Shown here piece by piece: positions 37,241 through 48,251 of a stretch of 64,000 bases of DNA. A program made the translations under genes and the position numbers. Position 1 is the first letter of the stretch. The number at the start of each line of letters is the position of its first letter. The stretch covers positions 2,008 to 66,007 of the forward strand of contig JAILQK010000096.1 in NCBI GenBank assembly GCA_024699045.1. The letters run 5' to 3'. The notes under the pieces were generated by a model, which made no database searches, was not told the DNA's origin, and worked only from the letters and a program-made list of their open reading frames with translations. The stretch is from Lachnospiraceae bacterium. Its GTDB lineage: Bacteria > Bacillota > Clostridia > Lachnospirales > Lachnospiraceae.

Positions 37241-39004
37241 ATGCGGGAATCCCGGGAATACGAGAGACATAAGAGAGAGCGGGCAAGGCGTTATGATAAC
37301 GCAGATGCCCGGGAACATAGAAGAAGACAAACAAACAGAAGGAAAAAAAGCTCCGGAGGTAATAATCTCCCGCTTGTGATCGCGGGAATTGTCATCGCCG
37401 TGATAGCGATCGTATTATTAGGCAGCGGTCTTTTCAAGGAGATCGGAGGATCCAGAGAGAAAGCGGATCTGTCGGAGTATTTCGGAGAGACAGGTGAAGG
37501 CGGCACGATCCTCATAATGAACGGACTGAACGCCGAGGGAGATGCGCTGATCCAAAACGGTAAGCCGTTTGTGCCTATGGCTATGGCGAATGATCTTTAT
37601 GATAATTTTTACTATGACGGAAACGAAGGTCATCTGCTGGTCACAGGGGCTACGAGTACAAAAGAAGGCGCACAGGGAAACGATTATTTCCTGTCCGGAG
37701 AGACGGTATATATATCATTGGATTTCATAAACCGATTTGTCCCCATGTCGTATGAGGTTTATGAAGATCCATCCAGGATAGACCTTATAACGCAGGCAAC
37801 ATCCGTCGTCAAAGCTGAGGTCTCCGAAGAGACGGAAATGAGGGTGTCGGCCGATAAACAGTCGGCGATACTGATGGAGATAAAAAAGGGAGAATCCGTA
37901 CAGATCCTGGATGAGAATGACGAGTGGGCAGAGATCAGATATCAGGCGGTCAAGGGATACATCGAAAAGGAGGGGTTGTCGGAAGGAAGGGACAGTTCCA
38001 CGGCGGCACTCGCAGGCGGAGCAGAGGCCGATGCCTCATATGCCAGGAATCTGAGAGATCATAAGATAGTTTTGGGATTTCATAACCTTGCGGTGTCGGA
38101 CGCAAACTCTTATCTAAAAGATGCGACAGCACAGACCAAAGGAATGAATGTTATAGCGCCCACATGGTTTTCGCTCGCTGACAATGAAGGAAGTGTATCG
38201 GATATCGGAAACGCGGAGTATGTATCGAATGCCCACAGTATGGGATATGAAGTCTGGGCAGTGGCTGATGATTTTACCAATTCGGCAGATATAAATGAGG
38301 TTTTGTCAAAGACATCAAAACGACTCATTCTGGAACAGAACCTTATAAATCTGGCAAAGACATATGGCGTGGAAGGGATCAACATAGACTTTGAGCTGAT
38401 ATCGGGTGAAACGGGCGACGATTTTGCCCAGTTTTTGCGCGAATTGTCCATATATACAAGAGCCGAGAAACTGGTGCTTTCGGTTGATAATTATGTTCCG
38501 CAGGATTATACGGATTTTTACAGGAGAGATATACAGGGAAGAGTTGCGGACTATGTGATCATAATGGGGTATGATGAGCATACAGCCGCATCCGGAGAAG
38601 CAGGTTCTGTTGCTTCCCTGGGGTTTGTTACTCAGGGGATAGAGGATACGCTGAAAGAAGTACCGGCGGCGCAGATAATAAATGCGGTACCGTTTTATAC
38701 AAGAAAGTGGATGCTGGAAGCGGGTACCCTTTCCTGTGAGAGTCTGGGCATGAGAGACGCGCAGGCTTTTCTTGCTGATAACGGGGTGCAGGCGGCATGG
38801 GATGCAGAGACCTGTCAGAATTATGCGACATTTGAGAAAAACGGAGTTACCTACAGTATATGGATGGAGGATGCGGAGAGCATATCATCCAAACTCGCAG
38901 TCATGACGGCGCATGATATCGGAGGAGTCGGGTGTTGGAAGCTTACACAGGAAACACCGGATATCTGGGATGTCATATCAACATATTATCCGTCAGGTAA
39001 TTAG
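37241..39004 (+). CDS. Membrane-anchored GH18 glycoside hydrolase with SH3b domain
   Basis: Basic N-terminus and TM helix, SH3-like W...GYI, EGINIDFE, IMGYDEH and G...W. GGAG SD before ATG 37241. Confidence 0.85.
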   Translation: MRESREYERHKRERARRYDNADAREHRRRQTNRRKKSSGGNNLPLVIAGIVIAVIAIVLLGSGLFKEIGGSREKADLSEYFGETGEGGTILIMNGLNAEGDALIQNGKPFVPMAMANDLYDNFYYDGNEGHLLVTGATSTKEGAQGNDYFLSGETVYISLDFINRFVPMSYEVYEDPSRIDLITQATSVVKAEVSEETEMRVSADKQSAILMEIKKGESVQILDENDEWAEIRYQAVKGYIEKEGLSEGRDSSTAALAGGAEADASYARNLRDHKIVLGFHNLAVSDANSYLKDATAQTKGMNVIAPTWFSLADNEGSVSDIGNAEYVSNAHSMGYEVWAVADDFTNSADINEVLSKTSKRLILEQNLINLAKTYGVEGINIDFELISGETGDDFAQFLRELSIYTRAEKLVLSVDNYVPQDYTDFYRRDIQGRVADYVIIMGYDEHTAASGEAGSVASLGFVTQGIEDTLKEVPAAQIINAVPFYTRKWMLEAGTLSCESLGMRDAQAFLADNGVQAAWDAETCQNYATFEKNGVTYSIWMEDAESISSKLAVMTAHDIGGVGCWKLTQETPDIWDVISTYYPSGN

Positions 39005-39020
39005 AGGCTAAGCATTAATA

Positions 39021-40082
39021 ATGGAGACCAGGGTTGTCAGAGCCTGTGGAGATCCCGGAGCGGACAGGGAGGTTATGAAGGAAGCAGCCGGGATAATAAA
39101 GGCAGGAGGTTTGGTCGCGATCCCAACGGAAACGGTATACGGACTTGCGGGAGATGCGCTTAACCCTTCATCATCAAAAAAAATATATGAAGCAAAGGGC
39201 AGGCCTTCCGATAATCCGCTGATAGTCCATATCGCAAAGCTTAAAGACATGGAAAGGATAGCGGAGGATATCCCGGGCACGGCATACAAGCTTGCGGAGA
39301 AGTATTGGCCGGGACCTTTGACCATGATCCTTAAAAAGAAGGAGATCGTGCCTTATGAGACTACCGGGGGGCTGGATACGGTCGCAGTAAGATTTCCCGT
39401 AAATATGATAGCCCGGGAGTTTATAGAGGCATCCGGAGGGTTTATTGCGGCGCCCTCGGCCAACCGATCAGGAAGACCCAGCTGTACCACAGCAAAGCAT
39501 TGTCTGGAAGATCTTGACGGAAAAGTGGATATGATCATAGATGGCGGAGAAGTCGGGATCGGACTGGAATCAACCATCATAGACCTTACGGGTGGCAGAC
39601 CATGCATATTGAGGCAGGGATACATAAACGAAGAGATGCTAAGGGATGCTTTGGGAGATGTGGAGACAGAAGCTCCGGAGACTGAGCATCCGAAAGCTCC
39701 GGGAATGAAATACAGACACTATGCGCCCAAAGGCATAATGAAGATAGTCCAGGGCGAGGGATCACATGTAGAAGAGAAGATAATAGAGATGGTGTCGGAA
39801 CATCTATCAAGGGAAGAAAAGGTAGCGGTTATCTCGTCACATGAGAAATATCAGGAGTATCTTGATAATTTCCGTGATAGATCCTCTGTATCCGTGTATG
39901 ATATAGGAAGTACTGAGGATGAGGATCTGATAGCACACAGGCTTTTTGCCATACTAAGGGAGATCGATGATACAGGCGCGGGGTATATCTACAGCGAAAG
40001 CTTTGATACTCCGAGACTTGGAAAAGCGATAATGGACAGGTTGTACCGGGCTGCCGGACATAATATCATTTACTCAGATTAA
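39021..40082 (+). CDS. sua5: Threonylcarbamoyl-AMP synthase (Sua5/TsaC2)
   Basis: PTETVYGL, KGRPSDNPLIVH, APSANRSG and PGMKYRHYAP. Confidence 0.95.
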   Translation: METRVVRACGDPGADREVMKEAAGIIKAGGLVAIPTETVYGLAGDALNPSSSKKIYEAKGRPSDNPLIVHIAKLKDMERIAEDIPGTAYKLAEKYWPGPLTMILKKKEIVPYETTGGLDTVAVRFPVNMIAREFIEASGGFIAAPSANRSGRPSCTTAKHCLEDLDGKVDMIIDGGEVGIGLESTIIDLTGGRPCILRQGYINEEMLRDALGDVETEAPETEHPKAPGMKYRHYAPKGIMKIVQGEGSHVEEKIIEMVSEHLSREEKVAVISSHEKYQEYLDNFRDRSSVSVYDIGSTEDEDLIAHRLFAILREIDDTGAGYIYSESFDTPRLGKAIMDRLYRAAGHNIIYSD

Positions 40083-40094
40083 GGAGGAGAAGAG

Positions 40095-40535
40095 ATGAAG
40101 ATAGCGATAGCCTGCGATCACGGCGGATATGAACTTAAGATAAGGCTGATACCGCATCTTAAGGAGCAGGGGCATGAAGTAGAAGATCTTGGATGTGATT
40201 CCACCGATTCCGTAGATTATCCGGAATACGGGAAAGCTGTGGGACATGCCGTCGCTGAAGGCAGGGCAGACAGAGGTATAGTGATCTGCACTACCGGAAT
40301 AGGCATCTCGATCGCTGCAAACAGGATAAAGGGGATCAGGGCCGCCGTATGTACGAATGGTCTTATGGCTAAAATGACAAGGCTTCACAATGATGCAAAT
40401 GTTCTGGCGCTGGGCGCAAATATCATCGGTTACGGGCTTGCTGAGGAGATAACGGACATATTCATGAGTACCGAATTTTCCGGTGGGGAAAGGCATGTTC
40501 GCAGAATAAAGGGTATTGATAAGGATGACGAGTGA
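40095..40535 (+). CDS. rpiB: Ribose-5-phosphate isomerase B
   Basis: DHGG, DYP, CTTGIG, HNDAN and RHVRRI. Confidence 0.93.
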   Translation: MKIAIACDHGGYELKIRLIPHLKEQGHEVEDLGCDSTDSVDYPEYGKAVGHAVAEGRADRGIVICTTGIGISIAANRIKGIRAAVCTNGLMAKMTRLHNDANVLALGANIIGYGLAEEITDIFMSTEFSGGERHVRRIKGIDKDDE

Positions 40536-41028
40536 CAGAACCGTAAAAAGAGAAGATTATATTTCATGGGATGAATATTTTATGGGCGTGGCGAGACTCA
40601 CGGCAGAACGTTCAAAGGATCCCAATTCTCAGGTAGGGGCCTGTATTGTCAGTGCCGATCACAGGATCCTTTCAATGGGATACAACGGTTTTCCGGCCGG
40701 TTGTTCCGATGATGACTATCCCTGGGCAAGAGAGGGCGATGAATTAAGTGTTAAATACACTTACGTGACGCATGCCGAGCTCAATGCAATATTAAATTTC
40801 AGAGGAGGGATGTCCTCACTTGCAGGAGCGGGCTTGTATGTGACGTTGTTTCCGTGCAATGAGTGTGCAAAGGCGATAATCCAGACGGGGATAAAGACCG
40901 TAGTATACGGATCGGATAAGTATGCTGATACGCCGTCCACGGTCGCATCAAAAAAGATGTTTGATTCCGCAGGAGTAAAATACAGAAAATATGAACCCAG
41001 CGGAAGAAAGGTTAGCATAGATTTATGA
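40525..41028 (+). CDS. dCMP deaminase
   Basis: RSKDP, GYNG, HAELNAI and PCNEC. Confidence 0.92.
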   Translation: MTSDRTVKREDYISWDEYFMGVARLTAERSKDPNSQVGACIVSADHRILSMGYNGFPAGCSDDDYPWAREGDELSVKYTYVTHAELNAILNFRGGMSSLAGAGLYVTLFPCNECAKAIIQTGIKTVVYGSDKYADTPSTVASKKMFDSAGVKYRKYEPSGRKVSIDL

Positions 41029-42494
41029 AAAAGTCTTTTAGAAATCTGTTATGCATACTATTGGCGGTTTCGCTTGCTACACCTGTATCGGCATATGCGA
41101 CCAGCACGTCCGATAAGATCAAAGAGGTCGAAAAAGAACAGCAGAATACCAAGGAACAGCTCGGAGAGACACAAAGCACGATCGATCAGCTGAAGGACTC
41201 TAAGCAGGCTATACAGAATAGTCTTAATAATCTGAATGACCAGCTTGACGAAAAGGAAGAAGAGATGTCTGACATCGAGGATCAGATAGCCGCTAAAGAA
41301 GAAGAGATCAGCGAGATAGAAAAGGAATACGAGGATGCGGTTGCGCAGGCAGATGAGCAATACAGATTCATAAAGGCACGGATCAGGACAATATATGAAA
41401 GCGGCTCCAACGATTTCTATGATCTCATATTTAATTCAGGCAGTATGGTGAACTTTTTGAATAAAGCCGCCTATATAGCCAAAATGAATGATTATGATGA
41501 GAAAATGATGCAGAAGCTTCAGAGCCTGATGGATGATGCTGCGGCACAAAAGGCGCGACTGGTCACTGAGGATGAGAAGCTTCAGGAGTTATATGATGTC
41601 AAGGAGGAGGAGGCCGGAGATCTTGTAGATCTGGTTGACAGCACTTCCGATAGTCTGGTGAGCTATGCCGGGGCGATCTCCGAGAAGGAAAGGGAGGCGC
41701 TGGCTTATGAAGCAAAGCTTGTTGCAAGCCAGAGTACGCTGGCATCGCTGAAAACAAAACTTCAAGAGGAAGAAGAGCTTGCCCGTCAGGCGGAAAAAAT
41801 GGAATTCAAGGATCTGTCTGAGGTTTCGGTCGGTGTGGGCGATCGTGATCTTCTGGCTGCGATCATCCAGTGTGAAGCCGGAGGAGAACCATATGCAGGA
41901 AAGATAGCGGTAGGCGCCGTTATAATGAACCGTGTGAGAAGCGGAGCCTTCCCGAATACAATAGCAGGAGTCGTCTATCAGCCGATGCAGTTCCAGCCTG
42001 TAAGATCCGGAAGGCTTGCGATCAGGCTTTCGGAAGGAGCAAACGATGAATGTTACAGAGCGGCAGATGAGGTGCTTGCAGGAGCCAATAATATAGGTAA
42101 GTGTCTGTTCTTCAGGACCGTCGTTCCCGGAATACAGGGGACTATCATAGGTCATCACGTATTCTACCTGTATTGGACCGGAGTTGCATCCGGATACGGA
42201 ACGGTGGAAGAATCCATAGACGGAGATGCTTCAGAATCCAAGGCAGCCAGTGAAGCAGCTGCAAGTGAGGCTGCAAGCGAAGCAGAAACCGAAGCGGCAA
42301 CCGAGGCAGAAAAGTCGGAAGAGACCTCATCCGCAGCAGCGGACACTGAAGAAAAAAGCGATGAGGCCTCATCTGAAGAGGCATCATCTGAGGAGAAATC
42401 ATCAGAAAATTCCGAGGGTCAAAGCGAAGAGAGCAACAGTTCGGATGATGGATCGGATCAGGGCGGAGAAGAGAGCTCTTCCGAAGGAGAATAG
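41025..42494 (+). CDS. Secreted cell-wall hydrolase: coiled coil + SleB/Hydrolase_2 domain + acidic tail
   Basis: Signal peptide, PcsB-like coiled coil, EAGGE...AVGAVIMNRV...FP.TI..VVYQ..QF and IGHHVF. Confidence 0.87.
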   Translation: MKKSFRNLLCILLAVSLATPVSAYATSTSDKIKEVEKEQQNTKEQLGETQSTIDQLKDSKQAIQNSLNNLNDQLDEKEEEMSDIEDQIAAKEEEISEIEKEYEDAVAQADEQYRFIKARIRTIYESGSNDFYDLIFNSGSMVNFLNKAAYIAKMNDYDEKMMQKLQSLMDDAAAQKARLVTEDEKLQELYDVKEEEAGDLVDLVDSTSDSLVSYAGAISEKEREALAYEAKLVASQSTLASLKTKLQEEEELARQAEKMEFKDLSEVSVGVGDRDLLAAIIQCEAGGEPYAGKIAVGAVIMNRVRSGAFPNTIAGVVYQPMQFQPVRSGRLAIRLSEGANDECYRAADEVLAGANNIGKCLFFRTVVPGIQGTIIGHHVFYLYWTGVASGYGTVEESIDGDASESKAASEAAASEAASEAETEAATEAEKSEETSSAAADTEEKSDEASSEEASSEEKSSENSEGQSEESNSSDDGSDQGGEESSSEGE

Positions 42495-42556
42495 AGCCGG
42501 ATATGACATCAGTATTATCGGTATGAAAAGTCCCCGGAGAACGTGATAATGAAATA

Positions 42557-42586
42557 AAAAAAGGATCTGAATTCAGATCCTTTTTT
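42557..42586. terminator. 30-bp perfect palindrome, bidirectional terminator
   Basis: aaaaaaggatctgaattcagatcctttttt, overlapping the DUF402 stop codon. Confidence 0.8.
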
Positions 42587-43067
42587 CTATCTCATCCTGT
42601 AGTTCATTGAATCTGCCGTCGTAGATGATCCGAAGGAGCGAATCGAGCGAACGCAGAGCACGTTTGACTTCATCTCCGGTGAGAAGCTCCTTTTCAAGCG
42701 CTTCTTCAAATTCGTCCAGATCAACAACCTTAACAAATCCATCCGGATAAACGATCACATCAGCGAGAAGATCCCTGAATACATATTCATCGCCTTCATT
42801 ATCATAAGTATAATCTACTATATCGCAATACCAGTAGATCAGACTGTCATCGCTGAACAAAAATTTACTTATCTTAAAGTTCCTTTTCAGGAAGTAACAT
42901 GAGTAGCCGTGATCAAGTTTGGGCTTTGGATGAAGAGCTTTCCATTTTGTAACGATCACATCGTTATCCATGTAGATTATCTCGTCATCATCAAGGCGTA
43001 CGCATTCATCGGGGATCAACCGTTTCCGGTATATTATTGGCTTGCTTGAAAGACCGGATCCCCTCAA
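42573..43067 (-). CDS. DUF402-family protein (putative nucleoside phosphatase)
   Basis: YWYCDI, DLLADV and VVDLDE. Start uncertain. Confidence 0.82.
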   Translation of the reverse strand: MRGSGLSSKPIIYRKRLIPDECVRLDDDEIIYMDNDVIVTKWKALHPKPKLDHGYSCYFLKRNFKISKFLFSDDSLIYWYCDIVDYTYDNEGDEYVFRDLLADVIVYPDGFVKVVDLDEFEEALEKELLTGDEVKRALRSLDSLLRIIYDGRFNELQDEIEKRI

Positions 43068-43070
43068 AGC

Positions 43071-43733
43071 TCACGCCTGCCTTTCGCTGTAGTGATGGGC
43101 TTCCTCAAGAAGCATGTCTTTTACTTTCATGAGTCTTATCTGAGTGCTTCGTTCATTCTCATCCAGCTTCATCGTGATCATTTTGATGCCGGCTTCTGTT
43201 TCGGGAATGATAACATGCTCTAAAGCGTTAACTCTGCGTCGGGTCTTTTCTATCTCGGCGGCCATGAGCTGACAGGCTTTTTCTGTCTCAGCCAGTTTAA
43301 GCATATCGGGCAACAAGTCCGAAAGGCTCTTTACCGCGTCATCCAGATCCGACGATGTGAAAGCAAAGCCATAGGAATAAATATCATTCGGATCGGAGGT
43401 TCTTGTCTTGTATTCGAAGACCGGAATATCCACACTCATGATGTTCTTTTCGGATACTTCGAGTGATACTTCCTGTTTGGGGGTCATAAAAGCAACATTG
43501 ACCGCCTCTTCACTCATTGTGGACTTCGCAAGGACAAAATTCTTGTTGGAAGCGGCAAGTCCCGCTTCTACCTTTTTTCGAAGCTCCATATTATCACGGA
43601 CCATAGAGAGGAACTGTCTCATCAGCTCATCCCGCTTATCCTTAAGGAGCTTATGACCACGTCTTGTGGTCACAAGCTTTCTCTTAAGTCTGGTAAGTTC
43701 CATTCTGGTGGCCGTAACTGTTTTGTTAGCCAT
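43071..43733 (-). CDS. ntpD: V/A-type ATPase subunit D
   Basis: TRMEL, GHKLLKDKRDEL and TRRRVNALE. Confidence 0.95.
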   Translation of the reverse strand: MANKTVTATRMELTRLKRKLVTTRRGHKLLKDKRDELMRQFLSMVRDNMELRKKVEAGLAASNKNFVLAKSTMSEEAVNVAFMTPKQEVSLEVSEKNIMSVDIPVFEYKTRTSDPNDIYSYGFAFTSSDLDDAVKSLSDLLPDMLKLAETEKACQLMAAEIEKTRRRVNALEHVIIPETEAGIKMITMKLDENERSTQIRLMKVKDMLLEEAHHYSERQA

Positions 43734-43798
43734 CTGCTTACTACTCCTTTATCTGTGACATGTAAGTTTATGGTATTATCTACCGGGCTTACCGGTCA

Positions 43799-45169
43799 TC
43801 ACATCGCATAATACTTATCCAGGAACTCGTCCTTGATACGTTTGAGCTCCGTACGGGGAAGTATCCTCAGTAGCTCCCATCCGATATCGAGGGTGTCTTC
43901 TATATTTCTGTCGGCACGATAACCCTGGTTGATATACTTCTGCTCAAATTCATCGGCAAACTTTGCATACAGCTTGTCGATTTCCGTAAGAGCAGCCTCG
44001 CCGAGGATCATCATGAGCTCTTTAGCGTCCTTTCCTCTCGCATATGCAGCGAAAAGCTGGTTCATAGTGTTGGCGTGATCGGCTCTTGTCTTTCCTTCAC
44101 CGATACCTTTATCCTTCAACCTGGAAAGAGAAGGGAGAACATCGATGGGAGGCTCTATACCACGTCTGTACAAGTCTCTGGAAAGAATGATCTGCCCCTC
44201 AGTGATATACCCGGTAAGGTCGGGGATGGGGTGGGTCTTATCGTCCTCAGGCATAGTAAGGATCGGGATCATCGTGATCGATCCTTTTTTGCCCTTCTGC
44301 CGGCCTGCTCTTTCATAAAGTGAAGCCAGATCGGTATACATGTATCCGGGGTATCCTCTACGTCCGGGCACTTCTTTCCGGGCAGCGGATACCTCACGGA
44401 GAGCGTCTGCATAGTTTGTGATATCCGTAAGAATGACCAGGACATGCATGCCTTTTTCGAATGCCAGGTACTCGGCAGCGGTAAGAGCCATACGAGGGGT
44501 GGCAATACGTTCGACAGCGGGGTCATTTGCCAGATTCATAAAGAGAACGGTCCTGTCAATAGCGCCGGTTTCCCTGAATGACTCCACGAAGTCGTTGGAC
44601 TCTTCAAAGGTGATACCCATGGCAGCAAATACGACCGCAAACTGTTCATCAGTCCCGCGCACTTTTGCCTGACGTGCTATCTGAGCGGCAAGCTTTGCGT
44701 GAGGCAGACCGGATGCTGAGAAGATAGGAAGCTTTTGTCCTCTTACCAGAGTGTTGAGTCCGTCAATGGCAGACACACCGGTTTGTATGAATTCTTCCGG
44801 ATAGGCTCTTGCTGCCGGATTCATGGGAAGACCGTTAACATCTCTTCTTTCATCGGGAAGGATCTCGGGTCCGTTATCAATGGGGCGACCCAGCCCGTCG
44901 AAGACTCTGGACAACATGTCTTCTGAAACGCCGAGTTCCATCGTACGTCCGAGGAATCTGACCTTTGAACTGTCCAGATTCAGACCGGTCGAGTTTTCAA
45001 ATAACTGCACGAGTGCATTTCCGTCATCTATCTCAAGTACTCTGCAACGGCGCTTTTCTCCGTTTGCAAGTTCGATCTCTCCCAGCTCATCAAATGCGAC
45101 GTTCTCGACATCACGGACGAGCATCAGAGGACCTGCTACCTCCTGTATCGTTCTATACTCCTTTGGCAT
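43799..45169 (-). CDS. ntpB: V/A-type ATPase subunit B
   Basis: [22 protein letters not shown] and PSLSRL. Confidence 0.97.
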   Translation of the reverse strand: MPKEYRTIQEVAGPLMLVRDVENVAFDELGEIELANGEKRRCRVLEIDDGNALVQLFENSTGLNLDSSKVRFLGRTMELGVSEDMLSRVFDGLGRPIDNGPEILPDERRDVNGLPMNPAARAYPEEFIQTGVSAIDGLNTLVRGQKLPIFSASGLPHAKLAAQIARQAKVRGTDEQFAVVFAAMGITFEESNDFVESFRETGAIDRTVLFMNLANDPAVERIATPRMALTAAEYLAFEKGMHVLVILTDITNYADALREVSAARKEVPGRRGYPGYMYTDLASLYERAGRQKGKKGSITMIPILTMPEDDKTHPIPDLTGYITEGQIILSRDLYRRGIEPPIDVLPSLSRLKDKGIGEGKTRADHANTMNQLFAAYARGKDAKELMMILGEAALTEIDKLYAKFADEFEQKYINQGYRADRNIEDTLDIGWELLRILPRTELKRIKDEFLDKYYAM

Positions 45170-46948
45170 TTAGAAGTCCTCCTTTTCCGCAAGAACCTGC
45201 TGTATCTCTTTTGAGAGTTCTGCGTTGATCTTTTTGAACTCTTCGTCGATACTGTCCTCTGCTGTATATTTGAAACGTCCGATCGATTCGCGGACGTCCA
45301 TTGCTACAAGTTTCTCAATGGAAGCGCCTTTTGCGAGAGCGTCGTTGGAACTCTTGTAGAAAGCAAGAACTAACTGCATCATAAGGTGCTGTTTTTTTAA
45401 TGAAGTATAGGTATCAACCTCGTGGAACGCATCCTGATGAAGGAAATCCTCACGGATAGATCTTGCGGCTTCCATCTTGAGTCTGTCCGGCGCCGACAGC
45501 GCATCCATACCTACCAGCTGAACCATTTCATTAAGCTCTGATTCATCCTGGAGCAGGCTCATCATTTCCTGGCGGAGAGCCATCCAGTTGTTACCTTCTA
45601 CACTTGCATCGAACCAGCTGCTCATACTGTCAAGGTAAAGCGAGTAAGAGGTAAGCCAGTTTATGGCAGGGAAATGTCTCTGCTGGGCAAGAGCGGAATC
45701 CAGACTCCAGAAAACCTTGACTATACGAAGTGTAGCCTGAGTGACCGGTTCTGAGATATCACCTCCGGCAGGAGAAACGGCTCCGATAACTGACAGGGCA
45801 CCTTCCCGGGGTTCGGATCCCAATGTTTCTATCAGACCAGCTCTTTCATAGAACTGTGCAAGCCTGGAACCAAGATAAGCCGGATAACCTTCTTCACCGG
45901 GCATTTCTTCAAGTCGACCGGACATCTCTCGAAGAGCCTCGGCCCATCTTGATGTCGAGTCTGCCATCAGGGCTACAGAATAACCCATATCCCTGAAATA
46001 CTCAGCTATCGTTATACCGGTGTATATAGACGCTTCACGTGCGGCAACCGGCATATCGGAAGTATTCGCTATAAGAACGGTCCGCTCCATAAGAGACTTG
46101 CCGGTCTTTGGATCCTTTAATTCGGGGAACTCGTTCAGAACATCGGTCATTTCGTTCCCACGTTCACCGCATCCGATATAGACCACGATATCTGCTTCTG
46201 CCCACTTCGCAAGCTGATGCTGGACAACGGTCTTACCTGAACCGAAAGGTCCGGGAACAGCTGCAGTTCCTCCTTTTGCAATAGGGAAGAAGGTGTCGAC
46301 GACTCTTTGTCCGGTAACAAGCGGCTTATCGGGAGCCAGCTTTCTTGTATAAGGACGTCCGCGTCTGACGGGCCACTTCTGCATGAGCGTCAGATCCTCT
46401 TCGGAACCGTCATTCTTCTTTATGACTGCTATCTTGTCTGTCACAAGATAGTCGCCTTCCGTTATGGCTGTGATCGTTCCGTCCATACCGAAAGGAACCA
46501 TGATCTTCTGGGTTACTACCTGAGTTTCCTCTACTGTACCCAGGATATCGCCTGCGACCACCTGATCCCCGGCTTTTGCGGAGGGGACAAAATGCCATTT
46601 TTTATCCCTGTCTATGGAGGGAACCTCCACGCCTCGGGAAAGATTGTTTGATTGTGTCATCTCAAGGATCTTTTCCAGAGGCCTTTGAATACCGTCGTAT
46701 ATACTGCTTATGAGACCGGGGCCCAGTTCAACTGACATCGGGACTCCTGTCGATTCCACCGGAGCTCCGGGTCCAAGACCGGCAGTTTCCTCATAAACCT
46801 GAATGGACGCCTCATCTCCGTGGATCTCGATGATCTCACCTATGAGTCTTTCACTTCCGACACGAACAACGTCAAACATGTTCGCATCGCGCATTCCTGT
46901 AGCAACGACCAGAGGTCCGGCTACCTTTTTTATTACACCTGCGCTCAT
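45170..46948 (-). CDS. ntpA: V/A-type ATPase subunit A
   Basis: [14 protein letters not shown] and DSTSRWAEA. Confidence 0.97.
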   Translation of the reverse strand: MSAGVIKKVAGPLVVATGMRDANMFDVVRVGSERLIGEIIEIHGDEASIQVYEETAGLGPGAPVESTGVPMSVELGPGLISSIYDGIQRPLEKILEMTQSNNLSRGVEVPSIDRDKKWHFVPSAKAGDQVVAGDILGTVEETQVVTQKIMVPFGMDGTITAITEGDYLVTDKIAVIKKNDGSEEDLTLMQKWPVRRGRPYTRKLAPDKPLVTGQRVVDTFFPIAKGGTAAVPGPFGSGKTVVQHQLAKWAEADIVVYIGCGERGNEMTDVLNEFPELKDPKTGKSLMERTVLIANTSDMPVAAREASIYTGITIAEYFRDMGYSVALMADSTSRWAEALREMSGRLEEMPGEEGYPAYLGSRLAQFYERAGLIETLGSEPREGALSVIGAVSPAGGDISEPVTQATLRIVKVFWSLDSALAQQRHFPAINWLTSYSLYLDSMSSWFDASVEGNNWMALRQEMMSLLQDESELNEMVQLVGMDALSAPDRLKMEAARSIREDFLHQDAFHEVDTYTSLKKQHLMMQLVLAFYKSSNDALAKGASIEKLVAMDVRESIGRFKYTAEDSIDEEFKKINAELSKEIQQVLAEKEDF

Positions 46949-47275
46949 TTACTCTTTGTCACCTCCAAATATGATATCCGAACCAACTGCCTGCTCCACG
47001 GACTTACTGACATTTCTCACGCCATCTCCGGTATTGCCGTAAACTCCTGGCACAAGGATGATGGCGGGAAGTTTTTCTTCACTGTAACGATCTATTTCGT
47101 TTTGTATGCCGGCCGCGCAATTTTCCGTGATATACACCACGGCATAGTCATTTTCGGCCAGGTTTCGCAATGTTTTTTGCGCGCTCTCTGGATTGTCAAC
47201 GGGGAATGTGTCCAATCCCAAAGTAGCAAATCCGTATATGCTGTCTGATTCGCCCATTATAGCTATCTTATACAT
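46949..47275 (-). CDS. ntpG: V/A-type ATPase subunit F
   Basis: MYKIAIMG..DSIYGF..LG and VEQAVGSDI. True start is ATG 47275. Confidence 0.92.
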   Translation of the reverse strand: MYKIAIMGESDSIYGFATLGLDTFPVDNPESAQKTLRNLAENDYAVVYITENCAAGIQNEIDRYSEEKLPAIILVPGVYGNTGDGVRNVSKSVEQAVGSDIIFGGDKE

Positions 47276-48251
47276 ACATTTCCCTTGCCCTTTCCCTGAC
47301 GGATTCCTCCGGCAGATCATTGATGAGCCCTGAGAGGACAATGCGAACAGTAGAGATCTCATTTTCCCTGGCGATGATATATGCAGCCAGAGGACCGATC
47401 GTATAAGGATGCGAGATCTCGCTCCTTATATTACGAATAATGAGATTATCACACCATCTTTCAAATGCCGAAGGAGATTTTTTCAGCTCCGGAACGGCAT
47501 CCGAATAATCCGTAAGCGAAAGGTAGTCATATATGGAATCCATTCCTTCGCCTGCAGCTTCGGCAAGTTTCTCCGTGTTCAATGTGTCACAAGGGGCAAG
47601 AGCTTCCTTTATGAATTTTTTGTCTTTTCCTGTTTTGACCGCACGTACCGCGATTTTAATATCTGCTGCTGCGATTTTAAGCCTTGCATACAGCTCGAGA
47701 ACCGGTGATCCGGATCTTTTTGCGGCTTCTCCGATCGCTTTCAGAGCCGCTTTGTCGATGATTATATCGGTAAGCTGACCATCATGCGTGTGGAGCAGGG
47801 TATCCAGTGCTTTTTCGGCTACAGGCTCCATTTCATCCGGCAACGGAGAAAAGTCCCTGGTTGTTACGGCTTCCTCCATCACCTTGGGGTCTATCGTGCC
47901 GCCGCTTGAGAATATCTCTGAATGCTTAACCGAAGTCAGAGACTTTTTTACCGCAGCCTTAAGGTTGTGGTAGTCGTTCTCAATAAGAAGCACATCAAAA
48001 ACCGACATATCGTCTACGAGTTCCGCTATGAGATCCCACGTCTTCTGTTTCTCGGAGGCGAGCATCTTTTCGATCCTGTCGGACTCGGTTGTATAACTGT
48101 CCGGCATATGCCAGCCTTTATCCTGCAACAGGCGCATGGCTTCTTCAATGGACTTTGCTCCAAGCAGTTGATCTATAAAAGCCTGGTTCAGAAGCCCCAG
48201 CTCTCTTGAACGTATACGCGCGACCGCATAATAGTATTGATTATCGGTCAT
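47268..48251 (-). CDS. ntpC: V/A-type ATPase subunit C/d
   Basis: YAVARIR, DYHNLK and operon position. Confidence 0.92.
   Translation of the reverse strand: MTDNQYYYAVARIRSRELGLLNQAFIDQLLGAKSIEEAMRLLQDKGWHMPDSYTTESDRIEKMLASEKQKTWDLIAELVDDMSVFDVLLIENDYHNLKAAVKKSLTSVKHSEIFSSGGTIDPKVMEEAVTTRDFSPLPDEMEPVAEKALDTLLHTHDGQLTDIIIDKAALKAIGEAAKRSGSPVLELYARLKIAAADIKIAVRAVKTGKDKKFIKEALAPCDTLNTEKLAEAAGEGMDSIYDYLSLTDYSDAVPELKKSPSAFERWCDNLIIRNIRSEISHPYTIGPLAAYIIARENEISTVRIVLSGLINDLPEESVRERAREMYV

Noticed and set aside
40095-40535. RpiB as the missing rhamnose or fucose isomerase
   Set aside because: It sits in the usual sua5-rpiB-deaminase housekeeping context, 13 kb from the sugar locus, with canonical RpiB motifs.
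42230-42494. Repeat-like stretch as a CRISPR array or mobile repeat (also 24273-24360)
   Set aside because: In-frame low-complexity coding sequence with no constant repeat and unique spacer structure, and no cas genes.
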